This document shows, piece after piece, positions 20,647 to 29,100 of a DNA stretch of 64,000 nt. The notes beneath the pieces were generated by a model. That model saw only the letters and a program-made list of their open reading frames with translations, had not been told where the DNA came from and ran no database searches. A program made the translations under genes and the position numbers. Origin of the DNA: an uncultured Candidatus Saccharibacteria bacterium (GTDB lineage Bacteria > Patescibacteriota > Minisyncoccia > Phycocordibacterales > PALSA-1337); contig CAYPPJ010000002.1 of assembly GCA_964412585.1 (NCBI GenBank), forward strand, positions 77,720-141,719, given 5' to 3'. Positions within the stretch are counted from its first letter, which is position 1, and each line of letters opens with the position of its first letter.

Positions 20647-21474
20647 TTACTTTTGATTCGTCCGAACCTGCTTTATCAGTCTATTATGATCAATCTTTCT
20701 ATTACTTACTTTCACAAACTCGAACATATCGCGTAGGAAGAGCATGATTTCTTTGTTGGTAATCTCAATAGCAACCTCTTCACGCCAGTTCACGATGAGC
20801 GCCGTATCTTTAAAAAGCCATATCTCGGCGTCATGATCAAAGAATTGGTCGGGAAAAGTGGTGTAGTCTGCCATACGACCTTCTAGACTCTCGACAGCCG
20901 CTGCATTTTTCTTGAAATCACTTTTTATTTCTTCTCTATATTGCGCATAAGCACTTTCATTCAGGATTCCATCGATAATAAGCCGGTTTTTGATAACTGT
21001 TTTATTAAATTCAACCAATTGCGCCTGCGAAATCTTTTCCAACATGGCATTCCAGGAGCGGTGGTGTTGAATGGCTTTAATGCGCTGGTTCTTATTTTCC
21101 TTAACAACACGCAAATATGCGGGGATGACTTCCTCTTTGCCTACATGAATAATAAATTCGTTTTCTTTCGAGGTACGGATACGGACGCCGCGCTTTTCTT
21201 TGGCTGACATGCGGATGTCGCCAATCACCCGTTCAAATTTTTGCGCGAGCCTATCTCCACTTACGGCAATATAGTTTCTACGCCTCTTGATCTGAATAGG
21301 GGATACCAGACCTTTCTTGGTCAATTTTTCCAAACAGTAAGTAACTCCCGTACGCGATACTCCACTGTCGCGGGTAATGTCGCGTACATTTTTCTCCGTT
21401 GAAAGTACGTTGAGCACGCTGGTTTCTACGGAATTCAGCCCGAGTATTTTCATTGAGTCTTGAGACCAATTCAT
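20647..21474 (-). CDS. TrmB-like wHTH regulator (copy 5, divergent)
   Basis: LGLNSVETSVL...GVSRTGVTYCLEKLTKKGLV; C-terminal AEIWLFKDTALIVN. Confidence 0.8.
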   Translation of the reverse strand: MNWSQDSMKILGLNSVETSVLNVLSTEKNVRDITRDSGVSRTGVTYCLEKLTKKGLVSPIQIKRRRNYIAVSGDRLAQKFERVIGDIRMSAKEKRGVRIRTSKENEFIIHVGKEEVIPAYLRVVKENKNQRIKAIQHHRSWNAMLEKISQAQLVEFNKTVIKNRLIIDGILNESAYAQYREEIKSDFKKNAAAVESLEGRMADYTTFPDQFFDHDAEIWLFKDTALIVNWREEVAIEITNKEIMLFLRDMFEFVKVSNRKIDHNRLIKQVRTNQK

Positions 21475-21480
21475 GCCATT

Positions 21481-21509
21481 ATCATAGTAAATAACTAATT
21501 TTTAGTCAA
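21481..21509 (-). promoter_or_regulatory. Sigma70 promoter of TrmB copy 5 (leaderless type)
   Basis: On the minus strand TTGACT-17 nt-TATGAT, 6 nt before the ATG. Confidence 0.6.
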
Positions 21510-21615
21510 ATCAATAATACAAAAAATGCCTTAAAATAAGGGTATTATACTAATTTTGCATCCAAAATCGATATTTATATACAACAGATTATTAAACATG
21601 TAAAATATATGCATT

Positions 21616-22722
21616 ATGAATAAATATATAAAAATAGGTATTGGTATCGTGGTTATAGTAGTTGTGATTATTATTGGTGTTACGAATGAAAGTTCACAAA
21701 AAAAGTCAGGTTCGCTCAAGATAGGGGTGATTTCTTCGCTGACTGGTGATTATGGCGCAATCGGAGAAAATACAGTAAAGGGTATTAAAGTCGCGCAGCG
21801 TGTATATGAGAAAAAGACGGGCACAAAAGTGGAGCTTGTTATCGAAGATGATGGAGGTGATGGTGTAAAAGGTCTTTCTGCCTTTAGCAAGCTTACGCAG
21901 GTCAACCATGTCGATGGCATGATTAATTTCTTTACTACGACGATGGACTCGATCTACGCACCAGCAAAGACTCAAGGGTATCCAGTGATGATGGTGGCAT
22001 TTCAGGCGAATAACGTAGCTGACGACTTCGTCTTTCAGATGACGCCAAGTAATGATGATGTCTGGCCAAAGTTTGTAAAGCTTGTGAAGAATGGTGACTA
22101 TGACTTGAGTAATGTCGCACTCGTGTATTCCAAGGCGGCAGCACAAGAATCATTTGTCAAATCATTTGCCTTGAATTATGCAGGCAAAGCTACTCAGTTC
22201 GGTATTTCTTCAGGACAGAATGATTTCCGTTCTGATGCTGCGAAGATTGCCGCATTCAAACCAACGACGGTTGTCTTCTTCATGACGCCGGATGATGGGG
22301 CGCTTCTCACCAAGACGTTGGTACCAATGTTAAGCAAGTCGACAAAGCTTATCTACGACATTCAGTTAGTGACGGGTACCGCGAATTATAAAAAGATTCT
22401 CGGAGGTTTCTCATCTATCGAGGGTGCCATGACCTTGAGTCCAGAAGGTGAGCGTAGTCAGGATTTCATTGACGCATATCATGAGCTTTATCCAAATGAA
22501 GAACCAGGATTTCTTGCGGATTTCGGTTACGACACATTCATGGTCTACATGGAGTCGTATGACGAAGATAATGCAACTTGGATCTCGAACCTTCGCTCGT
22601 ACACCGGAAAAGGCCCGAGCGGACAGATAAAGTTCAACGATAAGGGTATTCGAGCCCCTGATATGGTGGTTAAGAAGGTGGTTGGCGGGGAATTGCAGAC
22701 GACGGCGAGATTGGAGTTCTAA
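21616..22722 (+). CDS. LivK-type substrate-binding protein (copy 4)
   Basis: TM anchor, LKIGVISSLTG, LVIEDDGGD, YTGKGPSGQIKFN. Confidence 0.87.
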   Translation: MNKYIKIGIGIVVIVVVIIIGVTNESSQKKSGSLKIGVISSLTGDYGAIGENTVKGIKVAQRVYEKKTGTKVELVIEDDGGDGVKGLSAFSKLTQVNHVDGMINFFTTTMDSIYAPAKTQGYPVMMVAFQANNVADDFVFQMTPSNDDVWPKFVKLVKNGDYDLSNVALVYSKAAAQESFVKSFALNYAGKATQFGISSGQNDFRSDAAKIAAFKPTTVVFFMTPDDGALLTKTLVPMLSKSTKLIYDIQLVTGTANYKKILGGFSSIEGAMTLSPEGERSQDFIDAYHELYPNEEPGFLADFGYDTFMVYMESYDEDNATWISNLRSYTGKGPSGQIKFNDKGIRAPDMVVKKVVGGELQTTARLEF

Positions 22723-22731
22723 AAGGAACGA

Positions 22732-22773
22732 TAATAATAAACCCTGCGTATAGACGTGGGGTTTATTATTGTT
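22732..22773 (+). terminator. Intrinsic terminator
   Basis: taataataaaccc-tgcgtatagacgtg-gggtttattattg inverted repeat. Confidence 0.65.
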
Positions 22774-22949
22774 CGATAGATTGCCAAAACAAAATAAATG
22801 TGCTAAAAATATTTTGGAGAAAGTACTGTTGTATTTCCACAACGTCCCCCTATAAGAGATGATAGAAGGCTGCATTCGATGCAGTTTTTTATGTCCACGT
22901 TGAAAAATAAACAGATGTACGCTTGCGTACATTTTGTACCTGACACAAC

Positions 22950-24569
22950 ATGAAGACACGATCCATACGGAAACTTGTTACCCTGATGTCGCTCACTTTG
23001 GTGAGTGCGGCGGCATGGGGTGGAATATCAGTCAACCAGAATACGACTATCGGTGAGGCCGTCCCGGCATCGCCGAAGACGTTCAGTCTGATGAGTCTCA
23101 AGTCGGGTGGGGGAGGTGGCATGAAACCATCCAACCTTATCCTGATTACGAATGCCGCCACGCTGAGTGGTCGCCAAGAAAGCGCGCTCGTCTATGATCG
23201 CTACGGCAATGCCTACGGGGCGACTCGCTCGGGCGGTAATTACGGCTTGGGGTTGGTGTACAAGATTGACCCCAGTAATGTCGTAACGACCTTGCGGTCA
23301 CTGCCATCTACGAACACGTCGGGCGAGGGTTATTGGGCTTTCGGCGGCGTGATCTTAATCAACGATGACACCCTCATGGGAACGACCATCGCTGGCAGCT
23401 CGAATAATCTCGGCTGCATGTACACCATCAAGACCTCCGGGTCGGGTTACAAGGAGGTCATGGCCTACAACGGCACCAATGGTGCCAGTCCAAATGACCG
23501 CCTGCTATTTGACGGTCACCAGACTGTCTATAGCACCACCATCCAAGGTGGCGAAGCGGGTGACTATGGAACTGTTGCATCGCACTCAACCAACGGTGTC
23601 GCGAATTGGATCTACAAGCTCCATGGCACCAATGGCAGCCATCCCTATGGTGGACTGATATTCAATGCCGACCGTTCGCGTCTCGTCGGTACTACGGCGA
23701 TTGGTGGAGCAAACGGTTATGGCGTCGTATTCGATATTAGCACCAACGGCACTGATTATCGTGTGCTTTACAACTTGGTCGGTGGTAATGGCGGACAAGG
23801 TCCTGAAAACGCACTGGTCTTGGGCATTGACGGACGGTATTACGGAAGTACATCCGGTACCAATAGCTACATGTTGGGCGGACTCTTCACCATCAGTGCT
23901 GACGGAAGTGGATTTAGTCTCTTCTACAAGTATTCGACTGCCATGGGCGCCCTGTGGGCATTCCCGCAAGAACCCTTGCGCACGAGAAATGGTGATTTCC
24001 TAGTCCCTTCGTACCACGGAGGGATCTACCATACCGGTAATGTGGTGCGGTTTACCACATCACTCGACGTGAATACCGTTGTTGACTTCGATGGGACCAA
24101 TGGCGGTTCAACAACTACGTTGGTGCTCAATCTGTTCAAAGGGACCTATGATGGCGTTCGTCGCCAGCTTGGTTCGCCCGCGATTTACCGCAAGGTCGAG
24201 CTTTCCATTCCAGAAATGACGCAGGTCAGGCAGATTGAGAATTCGCCGAGCAATAACATCATTGCATTTGACTCGGCGGCAGGGCAGACCTATACGCCCC
24301 TGTCTGGTCCAATGCCTGGCATTTCGCTTACCAACCTTGCAACGGTTACTGCAACATCCGCAGTTACCTCCATCACAAATGTTGGGCCACTAGTTGGCGA
24401 TGCGGGCTTCAGGATAATAACCGACTTCACCAACACGCCTGCAGGCTTTAATACGGCCATGGCCAAGGGTGTCTATCTGCCACCGCTTCGACTGGTTAGT
24501 TATTTTCCACCAGTGCCACATTGCACCAATTGCCCGGCGGACACAAATCCGCCACCTGGATTCCCGTGA
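22950..24569 (+). CDS. Secreted Gloeo_Verruco (TIGR03803-like) repeat protein
   Basis: Signal peptide; repeats GNAYGATRSGGNYGLGLVYKI, LMGTTIAG...GCMYTI, LVGTTAIGGANGYGVVFDISTNG. Confidence 0.8.
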   Translation: MKTRSIRKLVTLMSLTLVSAAAWGGISVNQNTTIGEAVPASPKTFSLMSLKSGGGGGMKPSNLILITNAATLSGRQESALVYDRYGNAYGATRSGGNYGLGLVYKIDPSNVVTTLRSLPSTNTSGEGYWAFGGVILINDDTLMGTTIAGSSNNLGCMYTIKTSGSGYKEVMAYNGTNGASPNDRLLFDGHQTVYSTTIQGGEAGDYGTVASHSTNGVANWIYKLHGTNGSHPYGGLIFNADRSRLVGTTAIGGANGYGVVFDISTNGTDYRVLYNLVGGNGGQGPENALVLGIDGRYYGSTSGTNSYMLGGLFTISADGSGFSLFYKYSTAMGALWAFPQEPLRTRNGDFLVPSYHGGIYHTGNVVRFTTSLDVNTVVDFDGTNGGSTTTLVLNLFKGTYDGVRRQLGSPAIYRKVELSIPEMTQVRQIENSPSNNIIAFDSAAGQTYTPLSGPMPGISLTNLATVTATSAVTSITNVGPLVGDAGFRIITDFTNTPAGFNTAMAKGVYLPPLRLVSYFPPVPHCTNCPADTNPPPGFP

Positions 24570-24597
24570 CCCAGTAATCCTTTGTTCTTTTTGACCC

Positions 24598-24628
24598 ACC
24601 CAGCGACACTCGCGTCGCTGGGCTTTTT
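24598..24628 (+). terminator. Intrinsic terminator
   Basis: cccagcgac-actcgc-gtcgctggg-cttttt. Confidence 0.75.
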
Positions 24629-24643
24629 ATTATCTGTATATAC

Positions 24644-24673
24644 TTGACAATATGATATAAGACATGGTATAAT
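24644..24673 (+). promoter_or_regulatory. Consensus sigma70 promoter
   Basis: TTGACA-18 nt-TATAAT with TG extension. Confidence 0.7.
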
Positions 24674-24733
24674 ATACAGGTAACATACCGTGGTCAACAT
24701 TGGTTCCTCTCTCGACAGAAAGTTGAGAAAACC

Positions 24734-25213
24734 ATGAAAACAGTATGTATGCTCGTTGCAATCGCAGCGATGTCCGTCACATCAGTGTTCGCCACGACGC
24801 CGACTCGTCCTCGTGTGGAGGCAGTCCGTCCCGCGTCAAAAACGCCCTCGTATGGCCCCTTAGTGGCCGCCCTCATAGAAAAGGAATCGAGTGGAAGAGA
24901 TTATGCGCTTGGCGATACAAACCTGACCCAGTGGGCCTACGGGCCTCTGCAGATCCGAGAGGATTGTGTCAGGGATGTGAACGAAAGATTCGGTACTCGC
25001 TACACGTCGAAGGACATGTATGGTAACCGAGCCCTGTCCGTGTGGGTGTGCCAGAAATATCTGGAACGCTTTGCAACACGGAAATTACTAGGGCACGAGC
25101 CGACCGACGAAGATCGGGCTCGTATCTGGAATGGAGGTCCCTCCGGATGGAAAAAGAAAAGCACCATCGGATATTGGACCAAAGTTCAAAAAATAATGAC
25201 AAAGTACAAGTAG
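24734..25213 (+). CDS. Secreted lysozyme-like (i-type/destabilase-like or SLT) muramidase
   Basis: Signal peptide, catalytic E in EKESSG, YGPLQI, ARIWNGGPSGWKKKSTIGYWTKV. Confidence 0.75.
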   Translation: MKTVCMLVAIAAMSVTSVFATTPTRPRVEAVRPASKTPSYGPLVAALIEKESSGRDYALGDTNLTQWAYGPLQIREDCVRDVNERFGTRYTSKDMYGNRALSVWVCQKYLERFATRKLLGHEPTDEDRARIWNGGPSGWKKKSTIGYWTKVQKIMTKYK

Positions 25214-25328
25214 TCTTAGCGCCGTCCCTGGGAAACCTCGGACGGCGCAATCATTATATTACGGCTCCGTTCACTTCGTTCACGGGTTGCTTTCACTTTT
25301 TCCAAATTAGCGGTATAGTTTCTGTATC

Positions 25329-25550
25329 ATGTCGAATCTGGACCAACAATTTCTTATCTTTCTTGGTAAAAATATTCGCAAACTTCGTGAGCGCAAGAAT
25401 ATTTCGCAGGAACAGTTTGGCACAATGGTTGGCGTACATCGCACGTATGTCGGTATGGTTGAGAGAGGGGAGAAAAACGTCACTATTTTTAGTTTAAGAA
25501 AATTTGCTGAGGCGCTCAATGTGAAGGTGAAGGATTTGATCGATTTTTAG
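25329..25550 (+). CDS. XRE-family HTH regulator
   Basis: IRKLRERKNISQEQFG...HRTYVGMVERGEKN. Confidence 0.92.
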   Translation: MSNLDQQFLIFLGKNIRKLRERKNISQEQFGTMVGVHRTYVGMVERGEKNVTIFSLRKFAEALNVKVKDLIDF

Positions 25551-26034
25551 GCGAGTATATTATTCAGAGACGATCGAACGCTATTTATAGTTATCCCCAC
25601 CTTGCCTAGAAAATGGGCTTGTTTTATTTTTTGTATATCTGTATGCTACTCACAGTTAGCGCTAACTATAGTATTCTATACCCATAGGTAGCGCATAAAG
25701 AGAAAGGTTGTCATATGCCAGAAGGCACATGTGAAGGTGATGGTCAGGTCCGGTCCCATAAAGCCGAAAAAAGGGAACCGCCAGACCGCCGATGATTTGC
25801 TTCAGTGAAGCAGAGCCGCTGGGTAGTCGATTCCCAGGGTTCGTTACAACCGCAATACAGTAGCTCCTTGATCCTATGAAGATTATTGAATGCTCAGGCA
25901 ATGGAGGCTCGAACAACACCAGTTCGAGTGGTACCCATGGCGAGTCCACTGGTAATGGTGGAAAGTAAGCCTGATCTGTGACAAGGGCGGCGAATAAAAA
26001 CGCCGCCCCCTTTAATATATAATGTGTAAACAAT

Positions 26035-26400
26035 ATGAAAAAAACTAATAAAAATAAATACTCTCTAGTTCGTGTTGTGTGGCGCGACTCAAATATGTAT
26101 CGATTTCAGGATTCGATTGAGTATGCGCTTGGCAATTACTCTGTTGAGGCAATAGTGACGGTCGGTTTTCTTCTTGGCTACAACAAGAAAGACCCGATTG
26201 TGACGCGTGAGATTATGAACAAGGGACTCGATCAGAGATGCTCGATTGTTATCCCAAAAGAAAATATTCTTAGTTTTACTAAAATAAAAGGCGACTACAG
26301 TGACCATTGGGAGTGGGCTGAAAAGCGAATGCCAGAGAATCCTGACAAATCATCGCCGAAAAATAAGGCCGCACTCAGCAAAAAAGAAAAACCCGAGTAG
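26035..26400 (+). CDS. Hypothetical protein, phage-like small beta-domain
   Basis: VRVVWRDS...TVGFLL...IVIPKENI pattern. Confidence 0.6.
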   Translation: MKKTNKNKYSLVRVVWRDSNMYRFQDSIEYALGNYSVEAIVTVGFLLGYNKKDPIVTREIMNKGLDQRCSIVIPKENILSFTKIKGDYSDHWEWAEKRMPENPDKSSPKNKAALSKKEKPE

Positions 26401-26418
26401 ACCGGGTTTTTCTTTTTT
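26381..26418. terminator. Bidirectional terminator (nusA / hypothetical)
   Basis: aaaaagaaaaacccg-agtagac-cgggtttttcttttt. Confidence 0.75.
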
Positions 26419-26431
26419 TCTGCGTATAGAT

Positions 26432-27622
26432 TTATTCTGCTTTCTTTTCCTCTGAAGCAGGAGCTTCAGTAGCCTCATCTTCATCACCATCAGCTTCGGC
26501 GAGATCTTCGCCACCTGTTGATTTGATATCAATTTTCCAACCAGTAAGCTTTGCAGCAAGACGAACGTTTTGTCCGCCCTTGCCGATAGCGAGAGACTGT
26601 TCGTCCTCGGTAACAGTGACGATGGCACGATGAGCTTTTTCATCAAGTTCGAGAGAGACGACCTCGGCAGGCGAGAGTGCCTCTTCAATAAAGAGAGCAG
26701 GGTCCTCATTCCATTCAACAATGTCAATTTTTTCTCCTGACAATTCGCTGGTAACGGTAGATACACGAACTCCACGCTGACCAACCATGGAACCGATCGG
26801 GTCAATGTGTGCGTCGTGGGAAACAACGGCAACTTTTGAACGTGAACCAGCCTCACGAGCGATAGCTTTGATCTCAACAGTTCCCGAAGCGATCTCCGGA
26901 GCCTCTGTCTCAAAGAGTTTTGCGAGGAATTTTGGATGTGCGCGTGACAGTTTCAAGACAATACCTTTTGGTGACTCTTCGACGGCGTAGAGATAGGCGC
27001 GAATACGATCGCCAGTTTTCCAGCGCTCGCTTGGAATCTGCTCTTCATAAGGAATGATACCGAGTGCGCGACCCATGTTGATGTGGACCATGCCACGTTC
27101 GACACGCTCGACGGTACCTGCGACAATCTCGCCTTCTTTGGCACCGTATTCACCCATAACTGAAACCTTCTCAGCTTCACGGATCTTTTGGATGATGATT
27201 TGCTTTGCGGTCTGCGCAGCAATGCGACCGAAATCCGCCTTGGTTTCGAGAGGGAAGACAAGCTCGTCACCAATCTCGGCGTTTTTCTTGATCTTCTTTG
27301 CATCTTCGATGAGCATGTGTTGCTCAGGGTTGAAGCGGATCTTGATGTCATCGACGTTGGCGTCTTTGAGGTCAATCTCTTCCTCCTCGTCACCTTCCAT
27401 GATGACTTGGTTGCGGTCAACGACGACTTTCACCTGCCAAAATTCGACGGCACCAGAGTTCTCATCGAATGATGCGCGGACGATCTGGCCTTTCTTGCCA
27501 TACTCTTTCTTGTAGGCAGTCGCGAGAGACATGGCGATAGCTTCCAAGGTCTTTTCCTTTGGAATACCGCGCTCTTCTTCGAGCTGCTGAACGACTGAAT
27601 TGATTACTTTGAGGTCAAACAT
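26432..27622 (-). CDS. nusA: Transcription termination factor NusA
   Basis: FGRIAAQTAKQ, S1 and KH domains (AREAGSRSK, AIGKGGQNVRLA). Confidence 0.97.
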   Translation of the reverse strand: MFDLKVINSVVQQLEEERGIPKEKTLEAIAMSLATAYKKEYGKKGQIVRASFDENSGAVEFWQVKVVVDRNQVIMEGDEEEEIDLKDANVDDIKIRFNPEQHMLIEDAKKIKKNAEIGDELVFPLETKADFGRIAAQTAKQIIIQKIREAEKVSVMGEYGAKEGEIVAGTVERVERGMVHINMGRALGIIPYEEQIPSERWKTGDRIRAYLYAVEESPKGIVLKLSRAHPKFLAKLFETEAPEIASGTVEIKAIAREAGSRSKVAVVSHDAHIDPIGSMVGQRGVRVSTVTSELSGEKIDIVEWNEDPALFIEEALSPAEVVSLELDEKAHRAIVTVTEDEQSLAIGKGGQNVRLAAKLTGWKIDIKSTGGEDLAEADGDEDEATEAPASEEKKAE

Positions 27623-27785
27623 ATATGTAGTTGTTATTCTGTTGTTATTAAATTGTATTTCTTCTAACAAATAAGTCCGCCGGTGGGCGAACTGATGACG
27701 AGAGTAAATATAGCATATGTAGGGGTATTTTGCAATACACGAGTTGACTATCTCTTTCAAGTAAGGTTAAATCCTACTAGAAACT

Positions 27786-28163
27786 ATGAAACCACACCCA
27801 GAACCCTTGATTTTGGTCGCGATGACTGCATTTTTGTTGATTGTCACAGCTCACTTTAAAAGGCAGTGCACTGCTTCTCCGCAAGTTGATCCGCTTACCA
27901 AGAAGATCAGGCTTGTCAGTTTTCTGTTGTCGGTCATGATCGCATTGGTGGGAATAACGATTGCTGGATTGCCTTACTTCGACGTTAGTGCTCGGTCGTT
28001 GGCTGCGACGATTGCCGTCATGATTCTTATCGCAAGCGCCTTGTTCGGCATCCAAGCGACTTTACATTCGTATCGTTCGCTCAGGTCCGCGGTACTGCCA
28101 AGCATTTTTTGTGTTTACGGAATTGTTTTGGCGTGGATGGCCTTACGACATCTGCCAGAGTGA
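27786..28163 (+). CDS. Hypothetical 4-TM membrane protein
   Basis: Four hydrophobic segments. Confidence 0.6.
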   Translation: MKPHPEPLILVAMTAFLLIVTAHFKRQCTASPQVDPLTKKIRLVSFLLSVMIALVGITIAGLPYFDVSARSLAATIAVMILIASALFGIQATLHSYRSLRSAVLPSIFCVYGIVLAWMALRHLPE

Positions 28164-28197
28164 TATGGTGCGGCAGGAATGACGCAGGCAGGGCCCC

Positions 28198-28968
28198 CTA
28201 TAGGAGTGGGGCCTTTTTTATTTGTGTTGTTTCAAGGAGTTTCCACATTGACAGGAATAGATTACGCAGCATGTTTGCGATAGCAGGCGACTCAATGATG
28301 ATTGCGTACTCTTCTTTCTCTTTAAAGGAAAAAAAGGCTAGTTTGTTGGCGTATATATCTATCGTGCCATGGATGGGCGAGCCAGAGGGAAGTAAACGAG
28401 TCTCTCGGTAGGAATTTGTCACCAGATCAGGGTCTGATGTCCTATCTCCTGCGCTTGAAGTGATGAGATATGAAAAAATTTTGAGCTGTTCACGGCGTTT
28501 GAGCCACTGAGGAAAGAATTTTGGAAGCATACTCAACATATCGAGGTTAGAAAATGCATGTAGTTCACGAATATTTTCACGATCAAGGGTTTCGAGGATG
28601 TCATCGAAGACGAATTTTACGCCACTTGATCCCATGTAAAGTTTTGCGGCAGGCATAAGCCTGTCGTGGCCACGGAGGCTCATAAGTTCCGGAATTGCAG
28701 AACGAATAAGGGCTTCTTTTTCCTGTTGGATTTTCAATAATCGATTTGGACTCTCGGCAGAGTAGTAAATGACATTGTTTTTCTTCCAAGAAGAGACGTA
28801 ACCTTGTGCTGTAAGGGAATCGAGAGTGTGATATGCGGTTGTACGTGCAATGCCTGTCTCTTTTGCCAGCATGAAAGCCGTCGCTTCGGCGTGTCGTAAC
28901 AATGAAGTGTAGATGGTCGCCTCATTTTCACTGAAACCACATTTTTTGAGGGTATTTTGTATTGACAT
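28198..28968 (-). CDS. TrmB-family regulator (copy 6)
   Basis: CGFSENEATIYTSLL...GIARTTAYHTLDSL; closest by eye to copy 4 (SAESP, PAAKLY.G, GTIDI). Confidence 0.88.
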   Translation of the reverse strand: MSIQNTLKKCGFSENEATIYTSLLRHAEATAFMLAKETGIARTTAYHTLDSLTAQGYVSSWKKNNVIYYSAESPNRLLKIQQEKEALIRSAIPELMSLRGHDRLMPAAKLYMGSSGVKFVFDDILETLDRENIRELHAFSNLDMLSMLPKFFPQWLKRREQLKIFSYLITSSAGDRTSDPDLVTNSYRETRLLPSGSPIHGTIDIYANKLAFFSFKEKEEYAIIIESPAIANMLRNLFLSMWKLLETTQIKKAPLL

Positions 28969-29100
28969 GAATACTGTCCAAAATTTGGACTACTTTTTAT
29001 GCATAAAATATGGCCTTACTATAGTTTATTTTAATCATAAGTGCAAATATGTGTAAAATTAAAGGACTATATTGACATAATTTGTAATAATGTTCTTGTT

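Noticed and set aside
25742-25770. ggtcaggtccgg resembles the SRP RNA core
   Set aside because: The following GAAGGAAGCAGC tetraloop/symmetric-loop sequence is absent.
25662-26033. 123-aa minus-strand ORF
   Set aside because: Atypical composition and no motif; the region is better explained as structured non-coding DNA, though coding is not excluded.
22950-26400. Intact prophage
   Set aside because: It has only a lysozyme-like gene, an XRE gene and one phage-like ORF, with no integrase, terminase, capsid or tail genes.
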